From assembly GCA_040235475.1 (NCBI GenBank), contig JBECKY010000043.1, forward strand, positions 20,476 through 84,475: a DNA stretch of 64,000 bases, given 5' to 3'. Both the position numbers and the translations under genes were made by a program. Source of the DNA: Pseudomonadales bacterium (GTDB lineage: Bacteria; Pseudomonadota; Gammaproteobacteria; Pseudomonadales; UBA3067). Under the pieces are notes generated by a model. That model did no database searches, was not told the origin of the DNA, and saw only the letters and a list, made by a program, of their open reading frames with translations. How positions within the stretch are numbered: position 1 is the first letter of the stretch; the number at the start of each line of letters is the position of its first letter. Positions 40,235 to 51,225 of the stretch are shown one piece after another.

Positions 40235-42844
40235 TTGTCAATTAAGCAGGCTAATGCCAAACCGTTTCAGAACCGTACCTTAACCAGGCGGTCATACTCA
40301 GCTAACTCAGGCATTCACCTTCAACATAACCGTCGCAGAAACCTCAAATCCGTGCCCAGACCCGTCACAAGCCACAGCTCTTCTCCCGCCAAAATCAGCC
40401 TATGCTTATTGATATTGCACATATTGTCATTAAGCAGCAGCCCGCTTGCTGCTTTCTCTCTCTTTGCTAATGATAAGGCTTCTGCTGATAAAGAAAAAAT
40501 CGAGGAGCCCGCACCAAACCCCTATGCTTATTTAAACTGGGTACGCCGTAGCGAATTTAGCCAGTATGACGGCTACCCTGGGCTGGATGAAGTACCTGAT
40601 TTTTGCGGCGGCACTTACCTACCCCCGATGGACACATTGATTGACACCCAAACCGTGCAATCAAATGTGGTAAAAGCATATGCTAACAAAGCACAACACT
40701 GGCCCGGCGACAACTCCACCCTCACAGGCAATGTTGAAGTACAGCAAGGAGGGCTAAAATTCGAAGCCGACGAGGTCTTCTTTGACTACAAAACGGGGCT
40801 TGCACAAGCGCCTAAAAAATTAAAAATGAATGTTGATGGCATGTTGCTGCTCGGCGAAAACGCCAAAATCGACCTGCTCAACCAATCCTTAGAACTTGCC
40901 AACATAGAATACGTAATCTACAAAGCCCATATCTGGGGAGCCGCAGACAGCATCAGCAAAGACAAAACTATTGCCTCATTAACAAAAGCCACCTACACCA
41001 CTTGTGAGCCCGATGATCGCCCCAGCTGGAGACTCCGCGCCGGGAAAATACATTTAAATAGCGAATCCGGCTGGGGATCAGCCTCGAATGTATGGCTGGA
41101 TCTGTTTAATATTCCACTTTTGTATGTGCCTTATTTTCGCTTCCCGATCGATGACCAAAGGCATACCGGGCTGTTATTTCCAAGTATCGCCTCTGGAGAA
41201 AACGGTGGCATCGACTTTACCCAACCATTTTATATCAATCTTGCCCCTAATTATGATTTAACTTTAAGCCCAAGGCGTATTGCCAACAGAGGCCTTTTAT
41301 GGCAATCCGAATTTCGATACCTTGGTGAAACCCAACAAGGTAGATTGGAAATTGCCAACCTTGATAATGATAAAAAAATTTCCGATGCAGAGAAAGCATC
41401 AAGCAGCAGCACAGCCACAGACGTCACCCCGGAAAGGAATTTTGCTGCCTGGCAACATCAAGGCAGCTACGGAAAGCGCTGGCGTTCCAAGATCAGCATG
41501 GAATATGCCTCTGATGAGGATTATTTCCAGGATTTTGGTGATAACCTGGATGTTTCAAATACAACACATTTACTAAGAATGCTGAATCTCAGTTACGGAC
41601 AACAGCACTGGGCATTTTCAGGTACATTCCAGGGTTATCAGACCCTTGATGAAGACATCGCAGACCAGGATCTGCCTTACTCTCAATTGCCGCGTTTACA
41701 ACTGAACGGACTTGTCCCGATAAATAACCACCTGAGCTACTTATTAAACACTGAATACGTATATTTTGACCGTAACATAGACGATGCTGTATCCAGCAAT
41801 ACCACCGGACACCGCGCTCAAATAGAAACCGGCGTGCAATTAAACTATGAGCCCTTGTGGGGGTTCGTAGTGCCCACGGTAAAAGTCCGGCACATAGGCT
41901 ACGCCCTAGAAGAACAAAACAGCAATGAAAAAAGTTCTCCAGAAGCCACTTTGCCCATAGTCACTCTCGACTCAGGCTTGTTTTTTGAGCGCAAATTTAA
42001 ATGGGGTGACCGACCCTACCTGCAAACACTCGATCCGCGCCTGTTTTATTTATATACGCCGTTTGAAGATCAAAACTCTCAACCAAATTTCGACACCACC
42101 GCCCTCACTGACAGCTACTATCAATTATTTCGAGAACGCCGATTTACCGGGGGGGATCGTATCGGCGACAATAACCAACTCACCCTGGGCCTGAACAGCT
42201 CAATTATGGGCGCGACTGATGGGCGTGAGCGAGCTTATTTCCGCTTAGGTCAGGGTTTTTTTCTGGATAAGCGCAGACTTCAATTAGACACACAGCCCCC
42301 TGATGACGCTGAACAATCGCCTATTTCCGGTGAAATCGGCGTTACCTTCAGTAGAGACTGGATTTTACACAGCACTTTTACCTGGGACTCTGCGCATAAC
42401 ATTAATGAAGAAAATACCATTTCAATTACCTATAAACCAGGCAATGGGCGATTGGCAAGCGCAGAATTTCGCTCACGAGAAACAGTCATAGATAATGATT
42501 TTGATAACAGAGAACGGCGCAGCCAATCCAAGTTTTCATTTGCCTTGCCTTTGCATAATCAATGGACCACACTTGGCTACTGGTATTTTAACCTGAAAGA
42601 CCAGGACAACCTGCCGGGCTCGACAACACTGGAATCTTTTATCGGTTTTGAATACGAAAACTGCTGTATCAAGGCACGTTTGCTTAACCACCGCTATTTA
42701 CGCGAGCAAGAAAACCAGCTGGAACCCAAACAACAACTGTTATTACAGCTGCAATTAAAAGGTCTGGCAAACTTTGATGATAACGTAGCCAAACTCATTG
42801 CAATTGGCATTCCTTTTTACGAACAACGATTTAAGCAAAACTGA
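40235..42844 (+). CDS. lptD: LPS-assembly outer-membrane protein LptD (start uncertain)
   Basis: 869 aa from TTG 40235. The OstA N-terminal and large beta-barrel regions are colinear with LptD. A signal-peptide-like segment (ISLCLLILHILSLSSSPLAAFSLFA) begins about 55 codons in, with no in-frame ATG before it. Confidence 0.88.
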   Translation: MSIKQANAKPFQNRTLTRRSYSANSGIHLQHNRRRNLKSVPRPVTSHSSSPAKISLCLLILHILSLSSSPLAAFSLFANDKASADKEKIEEPAPNPYAYLNWVRRSEFSQYDGYPGLDEVPDFCGGTYLPPMDTLIDTQTVQSNVVKAYANKAQHWPGDNSTLTGNVEVQQGGLKFEADEVFFDYKTGLAQAPKKLKMNVDGMLLLGENAKIDLLNQSLELANIEYVIYKAHIWGAADSISKDKTIASLTKATYTTCEPDDRPSWRLRAGKIHLNSESGWGSASNVWLDLFNIPLLYVPYFRFPIDDQRHTGLLFPSIASGENGGIDFTQPFYINLAPNYDLTLSPRRIANRGLLWQSEFRYLGETQQGRLEIANLDNDKKISDAEKASSSSTATDVTPERNFAAWQHQGSYGKRWRSKISMEYASDEDYFQDFGDNLDVSNTTHLLRMLNLSYGQQHWAFSGTFQGYQTLDEDIADQDLPYSQLPRLQLNGLVPINNHLSYLLNTEYVYFDRNIDDAVSSNTTGHRAQIETGVQLNYEPLWGFVVPTVKVRHIGYALEEQNSNEKSSPEATLPIVTLDSGLFFERKFKWGDRPYLQTLDPRLFYLYTPFEDQNSQPNFDTTALTDSYYQLFRERRFTGGDRIGDNNQLTLGLNSSIMGATDGRERAYFRLGQGFFLDKRRLQLDTQPPDDAEQSPISGEIGVTFSRDWILHSTFTWDSAHNINEENTISITYKPGNGRLASAEFRSRETVIDNDFDNRERRSQSKFSFALPLHNQWTTLGYWYFNLKDQDNLPGSTTLESFIGFEYENCCIKARLLNHRYLREQENQLEPKQQLLLQLQLKGLANFDDNVAKLIAIGIPFYEQRFKQN

Positions 42845-42864
42845 AACAAAAAAGGTTAGCACTT

Positions 42865-44184
42865 ATGAACGTAAGACCACACGCTTCAAAAACAGCTTTT
42901 AAGCTCTCAGCTGTCATTGGAGGATTGATACTTCTGTTAATATCTCTGCCCAATGCTTCTTATGCAACACCGACAACAATTGATCGCATTGCGGCAATTG
43001 TCGATGACAATATTATTATGGAATCTGAATTAAATGAAAAAGTCGACTACTTTCGCAACGACATTGCCAAGCGAAGCAATCAACTCCCACCAGACAACAT
43101 CCTGCGTCAGCAAGTACTTGAACGTTTAATCCTGGAAAGTATTCAACTGCAAATGGCTGACCGGGTGGGCCTGCGTGTCACTGATGACATCCTGAACAAA
43201 ACCATAGAAAAAATTGCCCAGCAAAACAATATGACAGAAGCAAAGTTCCGCCAATCCATTGAAGCAGAAGGTCAGTCGTATCAAAGTATCAGGGAACAAA
43301 TCCGTCGCGACCTGTTAATTTCCGAACTTCGCCAAAAAGTTGTGGGCAGGCGTGTTCAAATTACCGAACAAAACATAAAAACTTTTATGGCTTCCGAGCT
43401 TGGCAAAAACGCAACTGCTGCCAATTATCGCCTGGGCCATATACTTATTGCATTACCCTCCCAGGCTGACGCGAACACTATAAAAAAAACACAAGCCCTC
43501 GCAATCAAAACCCATCAAGCCTTGCTTGCTGGCGCCAGCTTCCAAGAAACTGCAGTCAAGCTGTCTGACGGACAAAACGCACTGGAAGGCGGTGATTTAG
43601 GCTGGCGTAACGCCTCGCAACTACCAAGCCTGTTCGCTGAGCAAGCTAAGTCAATGAATGTCGGCGATGTTGCACCGCCTATTCGCAGTGCAAACGGATT
43701 TCACATTATAAAACTGCTTGACCTGAGGGGCGGAGAATCTCATTTTGTCAAACAAACCCGCGTCAGGCACATCTTAATTAAGCCTAACGAAATACGCTCC
43801 CTTGACGAAGCTGAAGCATTAGCTAATAAAATCAGAAACGATTTACTCACCGGAAAAGAGTTTGCCGCCATGGCAAAAACCTTTTCCGAAGATCCTTCAA
43901 GTGCACGAAACGGTGGTGAGCTCGACTGGATAACGCCAGGCTCCCTGGTTCCCGAATTTGAAAAGGTAATGGACAATATTCAAATAGGAAAAATCAGCAA
44001 GCCCTTTTTAACACAATACGGCTGGCATATTCTTGAAGTGCTCGAACGCCGCGAGAAAGATATGGGCAAGGAATACAAAATTGAACAAGCACGCAATTTT
44101 TTAAGCAAAAGACGCTATGAAGAAGAGCTCGAATCGTGGATCAGGGAAATTCGTCAAGAAGCCTATGTCGATATTAAAAGCTGA
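42865..44184 (+). CDS. surA: Periplasmic chaperone / peptidyl-prolyl isomerase SurA
   Basis: 439 aa. Signal peptide, SurA N-domain, and two parvulin domains (GGDLGW, GGELDW). Confidence 0.95.
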   Translation: MNVRPHASKTAFKLSAVIGGLILLLISLPNASYATPTTIDRIAAIVDDNIIMESELNEKVDYFRNDIAKRSNQLPPDNILRQQVLERLILESIQLQMADRVGLRVTDDILNKTIEKIAQQNNMTEAKFRQSIEAEGQSYQSIREQIRRDLLISELRQKVVGRRVQITEQNIKTFMASELGKNATAANYRLGHILIALPSQADANTIKKTQALAIKTHQALLAGASFQETAVKLSDGQNALEGGDLGWRNASQLPSLFAEQAKSMNVGDVAPPIRSANGFHIIKLLDLRGGESHFVKQTRVRHILIKPNEIRSLDEAEALANKIRNDLLTGKEFAAMAKTFSEDPSSARNGGELDWITPGSLVPEFEKVMDNIQIGKISKPFLTQYGWHILEVLERREKDMGKEYKIEQARNFLSKRRYEEELESWIREIRQEAYVDIKS

Positions 44185-44218
44185 AAACATTCCTGTCAAT
44201 CAACCCTTGGGTCGCTAG

Positions 44219-45223
44219 ATGCTGGAAACCCCTCACCCCATCGCCATAACTGCTGGAGAACCAGCAGGAATTGGGCCAGATTTATGCATTCAGCTTGCGC
44301 AAAACCCCAGGGATTACCCCTTAGTCATTATTTCTAACATTGAACTTCTGCATCAGCGTGCAGCACAACTGAAATTGGATTTAGACATCATCCCCTACTG
44401 CAAAGGCCAAAACCCGACAACGCAGGCCAGAGCACTTTGCGTACTTGATATTCCACTGGACACACAGGTAGAAGCACAAAAACTTGATATAAAAAATGCA
44501 AAACATGTTATCGAGTCTCTCACTGAGGCGGCTAAACGCTGCATGACAAATGAATTTTCGGCACTGGTTACAGGCCCTGTACAAAAATCTGTGATTAATG
44601 ATGCCGGCATAAATTTTAGCGGCCACACTGAGTTTTTTGCCGAAATGAGCAACACCCCCAAAGTGGTGATGATGCTGGCAACGCAAGCGCTAAAAGTCGC
44701 ACTGGTAACAACTCACCTGCCCCTTAGCCAGGTTGCCGCCGCCATAAACAAAGAAAATGTAGAACAAACCTTACTGATATTAAACACCAGCCTGAAAGAA
44801 AATTTTGGCATACAGCAACCAAGAATATTTATTTGCGGCCTTAACCCCCATGCAGGTGAAAACGGGCACCTTGGCAAAGAAGAGCAAACGATTATTACCC
44901 CCGTGATTGAAAAGCTTAAGCATCAAGGCTTATGCCTCACCGGGCCACTGCCTGCCGACACCGTTTTTACACCAAAATACCTGGATAATGCCGACGTTAT
45001 AGTGGCCATGTATCACGACCAGGGATTGCCCGTATTAAAACATCAAGGCTTTGGCTCTGCCGCCAATATTACTTTGGGCTTGCCTTTTATTCGCACATCG
45101 GTTGACCATGGCACCGCTCTTGATTTAGCGGGCACCGGTCAAGCTGACTTAGGCAGCCTCTACACAGCTATTCATTACGCAACGCTGATTTCTCAAACCA
45201 GAAAACTCAGCGCTGTTAATTAA
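44219..45223 (+). CDS. pdxA: 4-hydroxythreonine-4-phosphate dehydrogenase
   Basis: 334 aa. ITAGEPAGIGPD, GLNPHAGE, MYHDQGL, RTSVDHGTA. Confidence 0.95.
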   Translation: MLETPHPIAITAGEPAGIGPDLCIQLAQNPRDYPLVIISNIELLHQRAAQLKLDLDIIPYCKGQNPTTQARALCVLDIPLDTQVEAQKLDIKNAKHVIESLTEAAKRCMTNEFSALVTGPVQKSVINDAGINFSGHTEFFAEMSNTPKVVMMLATQALKVALVTTHLPLSQVAAAINKENVEQTLLILNTSLKENFGIQQPRIFICGLNPHAGENGHLGKEEQTIITPVIEKLKHQGLCLTGPLPADTVFTPKYLDNADVIVAMYHDQGLPVLKHQGFGSAANITLGLPFIRTSVDHGTALDLAGTGQADLGSLYTAIHYATLISQTRKLSAVN

Positions 45224-45229
45224 AAACGT

Positions 45230-46045
45230 TTGAGCAAAAACTCAGTGAATAAACCATTTGATGGTCATCGCGCCAGAAAAAGATTTGGTCAAAATTTTCT
45301 ACACGACCAACATGTTATAGACCGTATCATTCAGGCCATTAATCCCGCTGAAGATGAACACGTGGTTGAAATTGGCCCTGGCTTAGGGGCCTTAACCGAT
45401 GGCTTGATTGGCAATTGCTTTTTAAGTGTAATTGAGCTGGATCGAGACCTGGCCCCTCGTCTGGAAGAAAAATACGGGCAACGAACTGATTTTAAACTCC
45501 ACCAGGGCGATGCTTTAAAATTTGATTTCAACAAACTTATTAAAGAAAACCATACCAGCAAAATCAGGCTGGTTGGCAACCTTCCCTATAATATATCAAC
45601 ACCCATTATTTTTTATTTATTACAATTTAAACACCATATTACCGACATGCATTTTATGCTGCAAAAAGAAGTCGTAGAAAGAATGACCGCCAAGCCGGGC
45701 AGTAAAACCTATGGGCGTTTGAGCGTTATTCTGCAATACACCTGCGAAGTAAGCCATATTTTCAATGTAAAACCAGGCTCATTTAATCCACCGCCGAAAG
45801 TCGACTCGGCTATTGTCAGAATCAAACCCCGGGAAACCATTACCGAAGCCGTAACAGATGAAGGCTTTTTTCAGCAACTTGTTACCCAGGCTTTTTCCCA
45901 ACGTCGCAAAACCATCAGAAACACATTAAAAACCATGGCAACGGAAGCGCAACTACAGGCAGCACACATTGACCCTGGGGCAAGACCGGAAACCATCAGC
46001 ATCGAGGGTTTTGTCCGTCTTGCGAATGTGCTGGCTTGTCAATAG
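45230..46045 (+). CDS. rsmA: 16S rRNA (adenine1518/1519-N6)-dimethyltransferase
   Basis: 271 aa with a TTG start. KRFGQNFL, VVEIGPGLGALT, GNLPYNISTPI. Confidence 0.93.
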   Translation: MSKNSVNKPFDGHRARKRFGQNFLHDQHVIDRIIQAINPAEDEHVVEIGPGLGALTDGLIGNCFLSVIELDRDLAPRLEEKYGQRTDFKLHQGDALKFDFNKLIKENHTSKIRLVGNLPYNISTPIIFYLLQFKHHITDMHFMLQKEVVERMTAKPGSKTYGRLSVILQYTCEVSHIFNVKPGSFNPPPKVDSAIVRIKPRETITEAVTDEGFFQQLVTQAFSQRRKTIRNTLKTMATEAQLQAAHIDPGARPETISIEGFVRLANVLACQ

Positions 46046-46088
46046 AATGGCGGTGGGCTTTTATTCTACACTATTAACGAAACAGGTC

Positions 46089-46475
46089 ATGGCCATGAAT
46101 GTGGAACCGGCTAATATCGAAGTTCTGGTTCAAACAGAATATCTACCTGAGCAATCATCCCCGGAGGATAATCGCTTTGTCTTTGCTTATCATATTGCTA
46201 TTACTAATTATGGTCACTCCTCAGCTCAATTATTAAACCGGCATTGGATTATTACTGATGGCAATCAACGCATTCGGGAAGTTCAGGGTGAAGGCGTTGT
46301 CGGCCAGCAACCCTTGATCCTGCCGGGTGAAACCTATACCTATTCCAGCGGCACCCTTATGGAAACCTCTGTAGGTAGCATGCATGGGTACTACGAAATG
46401 ATTGACGCGAGGGGGGAAATATTTAAAGCCATCATTCCCCCTTTTACTTTAGCCCTACCCAACCATTTACACTAA
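46089..46475 (+). CDS. apaG: ApaG (DUF525) protein
   Basis: The ORF track starts at 45969, inside rsmA. I trimmed the start to ATG 46089 (MAMNVEPANIEVLVQTEYLPEQSSPEDNRFVFAYHI...), giving the usual length of about 128 aa. Confidence 0.9.
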   Translation: MAMNVEPANIEVLVQTEYLPEQSSPEDNRFVFAYHIAITNYGHSSAQLLNRHWIITDGNQRIREVQGEGVVGQQPLILPGETYTYSSGTLMETSVGSMHGYYEMIDARGEIFKAIIPPFTLALPNHLH

Positions 46476-46482
46476 GTCCAAT

Positions 46483-47361
46483 ATGGCTACTTACGCAATA
46501 GGTGACGTACAAGGTTGTTTCAAAAGTCTGCAAGCGCTTTTAAAAATCATCGATTTTCAGCCAGAGTCTGATCAGCTATGGTTCTGCGGGGATTTGGTCA
46601 ATCGCGGGCCTGGATCTTTGGAAACCTTGAGGTTTATTAAATCCCTGCAAAGCCAAACGCAATCTTCAGCGAATAAAACAATAGTCACTTTAGGCAACCA
46701 TGACCTCCATTTGCTTGCGGTTTTTTTTGGCGCCGCTGAAGCCAGAACAAAAGATACCCTGAAACCTATTCTGCAGGCACCAGACCGGGATGACCTGCTA
46801 AACTGGTTACTCCAACAACCTTTATTTCACCAGGATGCCAGTTTAGGGTTCTGCATGGTGCATGCGGGCATCCCTCCCCAATGGTCTATAACTGACTGCC
46901 AGAATTTCGCTAAGGAAGTTGAGGCGCAATTACAAAGCAGTAAGGTCAAAGTTTTTTTCCAGCATATGTATGGCAACGAACCCTCTGGGTGGGACAATGG
47001 CTTATCCGGCTGGGAGCGTTTGCGCTTGATTACCAACTACCTCACTCGCATGCGCTTTTGCACCCCCGCAGGGAAACTTGATTTCGAAAACAAGGGCCGC
47101 CTTGAAGATAGACCGGAAGGATATATTGCCTGGTTTGAATCCCCTGAAAGAAACCAGGACGAATTAAAAATACTCTTTGGTCACTGGGCTGCTCTGCAAG
47201 GGGCTTGCGAGCAGCCCAATATTTTTGCCCTGGATACTGGTTGCGTATGGGGAAACCAGCTGTCGGCATTGCGCCTCGATGATAAGACATGGTTCAGATG
47301 CAATAACCAAGAAGACTTACCTAAGGAAGCTCTGATTAAATCTGAGCGAAGCAGATTATAA
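46483..47361 (+). CDS. apaH: Symmetrical bis(5'-nucleosyl)-tetraphosphatase
   Basis: 292 aa. YAIGDVQGC, GDLVNRGP, GNHDLHLL, VHAG. Confidence 0.95.
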   Translation: MATYAIGDVQGCFKSLQALLKIIDFQPESDQLWFCGDLVNRGPGSLETLRFIKSLQSQTQSSANKTIVTLGNHDLHLLAVFFGAAEARTKDTLKPILQAPDRDDLLNWLLQQPLFHQDASLGFCMVHAGIPPQWSITDCQNFAKEVEAQLQSSKVKVFFQHMYGNEPSGWDNGLSGWERLRLITNYLTRMRFCTPAGKLDFENKGRLEDRPEGYIAWFESPERNQDELKILFGHWAALQGACEQPNIFALDTGCVWGNQLSALRLDDKTWFRCNNQEDLPKEALIKSERSRL

Positions 47362-47890
47362 TTCAGAATATTCAGATTAGCGCAACATGCGAACTCATAA
47401 CCTGATCAGAGATTCTTTAATTAGCAGCAGAATTCTTATTAACAACATTTTTTATACAATTTTTTTGTATTTACAGTGCGTCAGGCCATGCCCCGCAGGC
47501 ACATTCCGACAAAGCAACAAAATTCATCGATAAATGGTATATTTGTTTAAAGAAAAAACAGTTTGATCACTCTATCAGCACATTTTTCTTAAAAACAGCT
47601 TATTTATTAGACTGTTTTAGTCCGCTCCCGCTTTATGAATTAAGTCACTTATTCCAAAACTACTCACTGGGTCTCATTAATTCGTTCTCACTCAAAATTC
47701 TCCGCATCAAAAGTTTTTAAATTGTGGTAATAATAGGACATAGGCGTAATAAAGCGTTACGGCTTATAGACATAAATCAAACCATTTTATGATTGCCAAT
47801 TGGCTGATAAAAACCTTTAATAATACAGATAAAGCACAATTAAAAAGGGTTTGATATGTTGAAGATAAAGCGAGTCAGTATAAAATTAAT

Positions 47891-47906
47891 TGGCCCACTT
47901 TATGCT
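47891..47906 (+). promoter_or_regulatory. Candidate sigma54 (-24/-12) promoter upstream of prkA
   Basis: TGGCCCACTTTATGCT has GG-N10-GC spacing that is exactly canonical, against the consensus TGGCACG-N4-TTGCW. It lies about 100 nt upstream of the prkA ATG. E. coli yeaGH is reported to be NtrC/sigma54- and RpoS-dependent. Confidence 0.3.
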
Positions 47907-47933
47907 GGATAAGCAAATATGGGGTAGAGGTTT

Positions 47934-47940
47934 CTATAAT
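47934..47940 (+). promoter_or_regulatory. Candidate sigmaS/sigma70 -10 element (CTATAAT) upstream of prkA
   Basis: A perfect TATAAT at 47935-47940 is preceded by C at -13, a sigmaS-favoured feature. No convincing -35 element. Confidence 0.25.
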
Positions 47941-48008
47941 AAAACAGGCCTTAGCACAAAGCAGTACGCTTAAGACCTAAGGCTTAAAAGGTGAAAAGAG
48001 GTTCAGCC

Positions 48009-49931
48009 ATGAGTATATTCAGCCGTTTCCAGGAGCGATACGACCAAAGCCAAGAGGAAGAGTACACTCTTCAAGAGTATCTTGAAATTTGTAAAAACGA
48101 TCCTACCGCCTATGCCAACGCAGCCGAAAGAATGCTAATGGCAATCGGTGAACCAGAGATGGTTGATACTTCGAAAGACCCTCGTCTGAGCCGTATTTTT
48201 TCCAATAAAATTATCAAACGCTATCCGGCTTTTGACGAATTTTATGGCATGGAAGAGTGTATCGAACAAATTGTTTCTTATTTCACCCATTCAGCACAGG
48301 GCTTGGAAGAAAAGAAACAAATATTGTATCTCCTCGGTCCGGTAGGTGGTGGTAAATCATCACTGGCTGAAAAATTAAAATACCTGATTGAAAAACAATC
48401 TTTTTATGCCATCAAAGGCTCACCCGTAAACGAATCACCTTTTGCCCTGTTTAACCCCGAGGAAGACGCCAGTATTTTGGAGGAAGAATACGGCATACCT
48501 CGCCGCTACGTTAACACCATCATGTCACCCTGGGCGGTAAAACGGCTGCATGAATACAATGGTGACATCACAAAATTTAAAGTTGTCAAACTCACCCCCT
48601 CGGTTTTAGACCAGGTTGCAGTTTCAAAAACCGAACCCGGCGATGAAAACAACCAGGATATTTCCAGCCTGGTGGGTAAAGTCGATATCAGAAAACTTGA
48701 AGATTTTGCGCAAAATGATCCAGATGCCTACTCTTTTTCCGGGGGCTTATGCCGCGGTAACCGTGGGGTAATGGAATTTGTTGAAATGTTTAAAGCCCCT
48801 ATCAAAGTACTGTATCCACTGTTAACAGCAACACAAGAAGGCAACTACAACAGCACTGAAGGCATGGGCGCCATTCCTTTCGATGGTATTATCCTTGCCC
48901 ACTCTAACGAATCCGAATGGCAAACCTTTAAAAACAACAAAACTAATGAAGCCTTTATTGATCGTGTTTATATAGTAAAGGTGCCCTACTGCCTGCGGGT
49001 CACAGAAGAAATTAAAATTTATGACAAACTGTTAAAACACAGCTCACTTGCCAACGCCCACTGTGCCCCTGACACATTAAAGATGTTGGCCCAGTTTTCA
49101 ATTCTGTCGCGCCTTAAAGAACCGGAAAACTCCAGCATCTACTCAAAAATGCGGGTTTACGATGGCGAAAATCTCAAAGACAGAGATCCAAAAGCAAAAT
49201 CTTACCAGGAGTACCGGGACTCCGCGGGTGTAGACGAAGGCATGGCAGGACTGTCCACCCGCTTTGCTTTTAAAATTTTATCTAAAGTTTTTAACTTTGA
49301 TCATTCTGAAATTGCCGCCAACCCGGTACATCTTCTGTTGGTTCTGGAACAGCAGATTGAACAACAACAATTCCCACCGGAACTTCAGGAAAAATATTTG
49401 CGTTTTATCAAGGAATACCTGACGCCACGTTACGTAGAATTTATCGGCAAGGAAATTCAAACGGCTTACCTGGAATCCTATTCAGAATACGGACAAAATA
49501 TTTTCGATCGCTTTGTCATTTATGCCGACTTCTGGATACAGGATCAGGAATACCGGGATCCTGAAACCGGCGAAAACTTCAACCGTGCAGCTCTCAATGA
49601 AGAGCTGGAAAAAATTGAAAAGCCGGCTGGTATCAGCAATCCGAAAGATTTCCGTAATGAAGTGGTTAATTTTGTTCTCAGGGCAAAGGCCAGTAATGAG
49701 GGGAAAAACCCAAGCTGGTTGAGCTATGAAAAACTCAGAACCGTTATTGAGAAAAAAATGTTCTCAAATACCGAAGACCTGCTGCCGGTTATTTCCTTTA
49801 ATCCAAAAGCCTCTAAAGGTGATCATAAAAAACATGAAGATTTTGTCAATCGCATGACAGAAAGAGGTTATACGCAGAAACAAGTTCGATTGCTATCGGA
49901 ATGGTATCTGCGCGTAAGAAAATCACAATAA
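48009..49931 (+). CDS. prkA: PrkA/YeaG-family serine protein kinase (AAA-like N-domain)
   Basis: I trimmed the start to ATG 48009 ([12 protein letters not shown]...), which has an AAGAGG RBS. P-loop [11 protein letters not shown]. Colinear with E. coli YeaG. Confidence 0.93.
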   Translation: MSIFSRFQERYDQSQEEEYTLQEYLEICKNDPTAYANAAERMLMAIGEPEMVDTSKDPRLSRIFSNKIIKRYPAFDEFYGMEECIEQIVSYFTHSAQGLEEKKQILYLLGPVGGGKSSLAEKLKYLIEKQSFYAIKGSPVNESPFALFNPEEDASILEEEYGIPRRYVNTIMSPWAVKRLHEYNGDITKFKVVKLTPSVLDQVAVSKTEPGDENNQDISSLVGKVDIRKLEDFAQNDPDAYSFSGGLCRGNRGVMEFVEMFKAPIKVLYPLLTATQEGNYNSTEGMGAIPFDGIILAHSNESEWQTFKNNKTNEAFIDRVYIVKVPYCLRVTEEIKIYDKLLKHSSLANAHCAPDTLKMLAQFSILSRLKEPENSSIYSKMRVYDGENLKDRDPKAKSYQEYRDSAGVDEGMAGLSTRFAFKILSKVFNFDHSEIAANPVHLLLVLEQQIEQQQFPPELQEKYLRFIKEYLTPRYVEFIGKEIQTAYLESYSEYGQNIFDRFVIYADFWIQDQEYRDPETGENFNRAALNEELEKIEKPAGISNPKDFRNEVVNFVLRAKASNEGKNPSWLSYEKLRTVIEKKMFSNTEDLLPVISFNPKASKGDHKKHEDFVNRMTERGYTQKQVRLLSEWYLRVRKSQ

Positions 49932-49947
49932 TACGGAAGTCGACTTA

Positions 49948-51225
49948 GTGTCTTATATTGTTGATCGACGCCTGAATTCAAAAAACAAAAGTGCTGTAAA
50001 CAGGCAGCGTTTTTTGAAACGTTATAAAAAGCATGTTCAAAAAGCTGTTTCAGAAGCGGTAACCAAAAGAAGTATTAAGGACATGGAGAGTGGTGAAAAT
50101 GTGTCCATTCCGCAGGAGGATATTTCTGAACCCACTTTTCGTCATGGTCCTGGCGGCAAACGAAGCGTTATTCACCCAGGCAATAAAGAATTCGCCAAAG
50201 GGGATAAAATTCCCCGGCCTCCTGGTGGAGGTGCTGGCGGCAGCGGTGAGGGCGAAGCCAGCGACAGCGGCGAAGGTCTGGACGAGTTTGTTTTTGAAAT
50301 TACCCAGGAAGAATTTCTCGAGTTTCTGTTTGAAGAGCTAGAGCTGCCTAACCTGGTGAAAAGAAAGTTAGCCGGCATTGAATCCTTCAAATACACCCGA
50401 GCGGGTTATGTTAACGAAGGCAGCCCCAATAAAGTCAACATTCTGCGCTCCATGCGCACAGCAACTGCAAGAAGGATTGCTACCGGAGCAGGAGCTAAAG
50501 GAAAACTGAAACAACTGCTGGCCGAAAGAGAAGCTTTGCTGGCCGTTAAACTTGAAGCCCGAAATAACCTGCGCATTCAAGCACTGGATGAAGAAATAGA
50601 AAAACTGCAACGCAGGATTAAAAAAATCCCTTTCCTTGATACTTATGATCTGCGCTACAACCTTCATGTCAAACACCCGCAACCTACAGCGCAAGCGGTT
50701 ATGTTTTGCCTGATGGATGTTTCCGGATCAATGAATCAGGCCATGAAAGACATGGGTAAACGCTTTTTTATCCTGCTTTATCTTTTTTTGAAGAGAAATT
50801 ACAAAAAAATTGACGTCATTTTTATTCGTCACCACACCAGCGCCAAAGAAGTTGATGAAGAAGAATTCTTTTATTCCAGGGAAACCGGTGGCACCATCGT
50901 TTCCAGCGCTTTAAAACTGATGAAAGAAATCATGGAGGAACGTTATCCTCCAAAAGACTGGAATATTTACTGTGCCCAGGCATCAGACGGCGACAACTGG
51001 AATGACGATTCACCTACATGCAGAAAGCTATTAAGCGAAGATATACTGCCCAATGTCCAATACTTTTCCTACATTGAAATCAATCCAAGGCGCCATCAGG
51101 CACTTTGGCATGAATACGAACAAGTGCAAGCCGAAAACCCGGATACCTTTGCGATGCAACAGATCTCGGATGTAAACGATATCTACCCGGTGTTCAGAGA
51201 ATTATTCCAAAGGAAACCTGCATGA
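49948..51225 (+). CDS. yeaH: YeaH/DUF444-family protein (vWA-like)
   Basis: 425 aa with a GTG start. [22 protein letters not shown] matches YeaH N-termini. Contains a Gly-rich acidic loop and CLMDVSGSM (MIDAS-like). Confidence 0.9.
   Translation: MSYIVDRRLNSKNKSAVNRQRFLKRYKKHVQKAVSEAVTKRSIKDMESGENVSIPQEDISEPTFRHGPGGKRSVIHPGNKEFAKGDKIPRPPGGGAGGSGEGEASDSGEGLDEFVFEITQEEFLEFLFEELELPNLVKRKLAGIESFKYTRAGYVNEGSPNKVNILRSMRTATARRIATGAGAKGKLKQLLAEREALLAVKLEARNNLRIQALDEEIEKLQRRIKKIPFLDTYDLRYNLHVKHPQPTAQAVMFCLMDVSGSMNQAMKDMGKRFFILLYLFLKRNYKKIDVIFIRHHTSAKEVDEEEFFYSRETGGTIVSSALKLMKEIMEERYPPKDWNIYCAQASDGDNWNDDSPTCRKLLSEDILPNVQYFSYIEINPRRHQALWHEYEQVQAENPDTFAMQQISDVNDIYPVFRELFQRKPA

Noticed and set aside
45969-46088. 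A 40-codon N-terminal extension of the apaG ORF.
   Set aside because: It overlaps the 3' end of rsmA in another frame. ApaG proteins are about 125 aa and the conserved sequence starts at MAMNVEP (46089).
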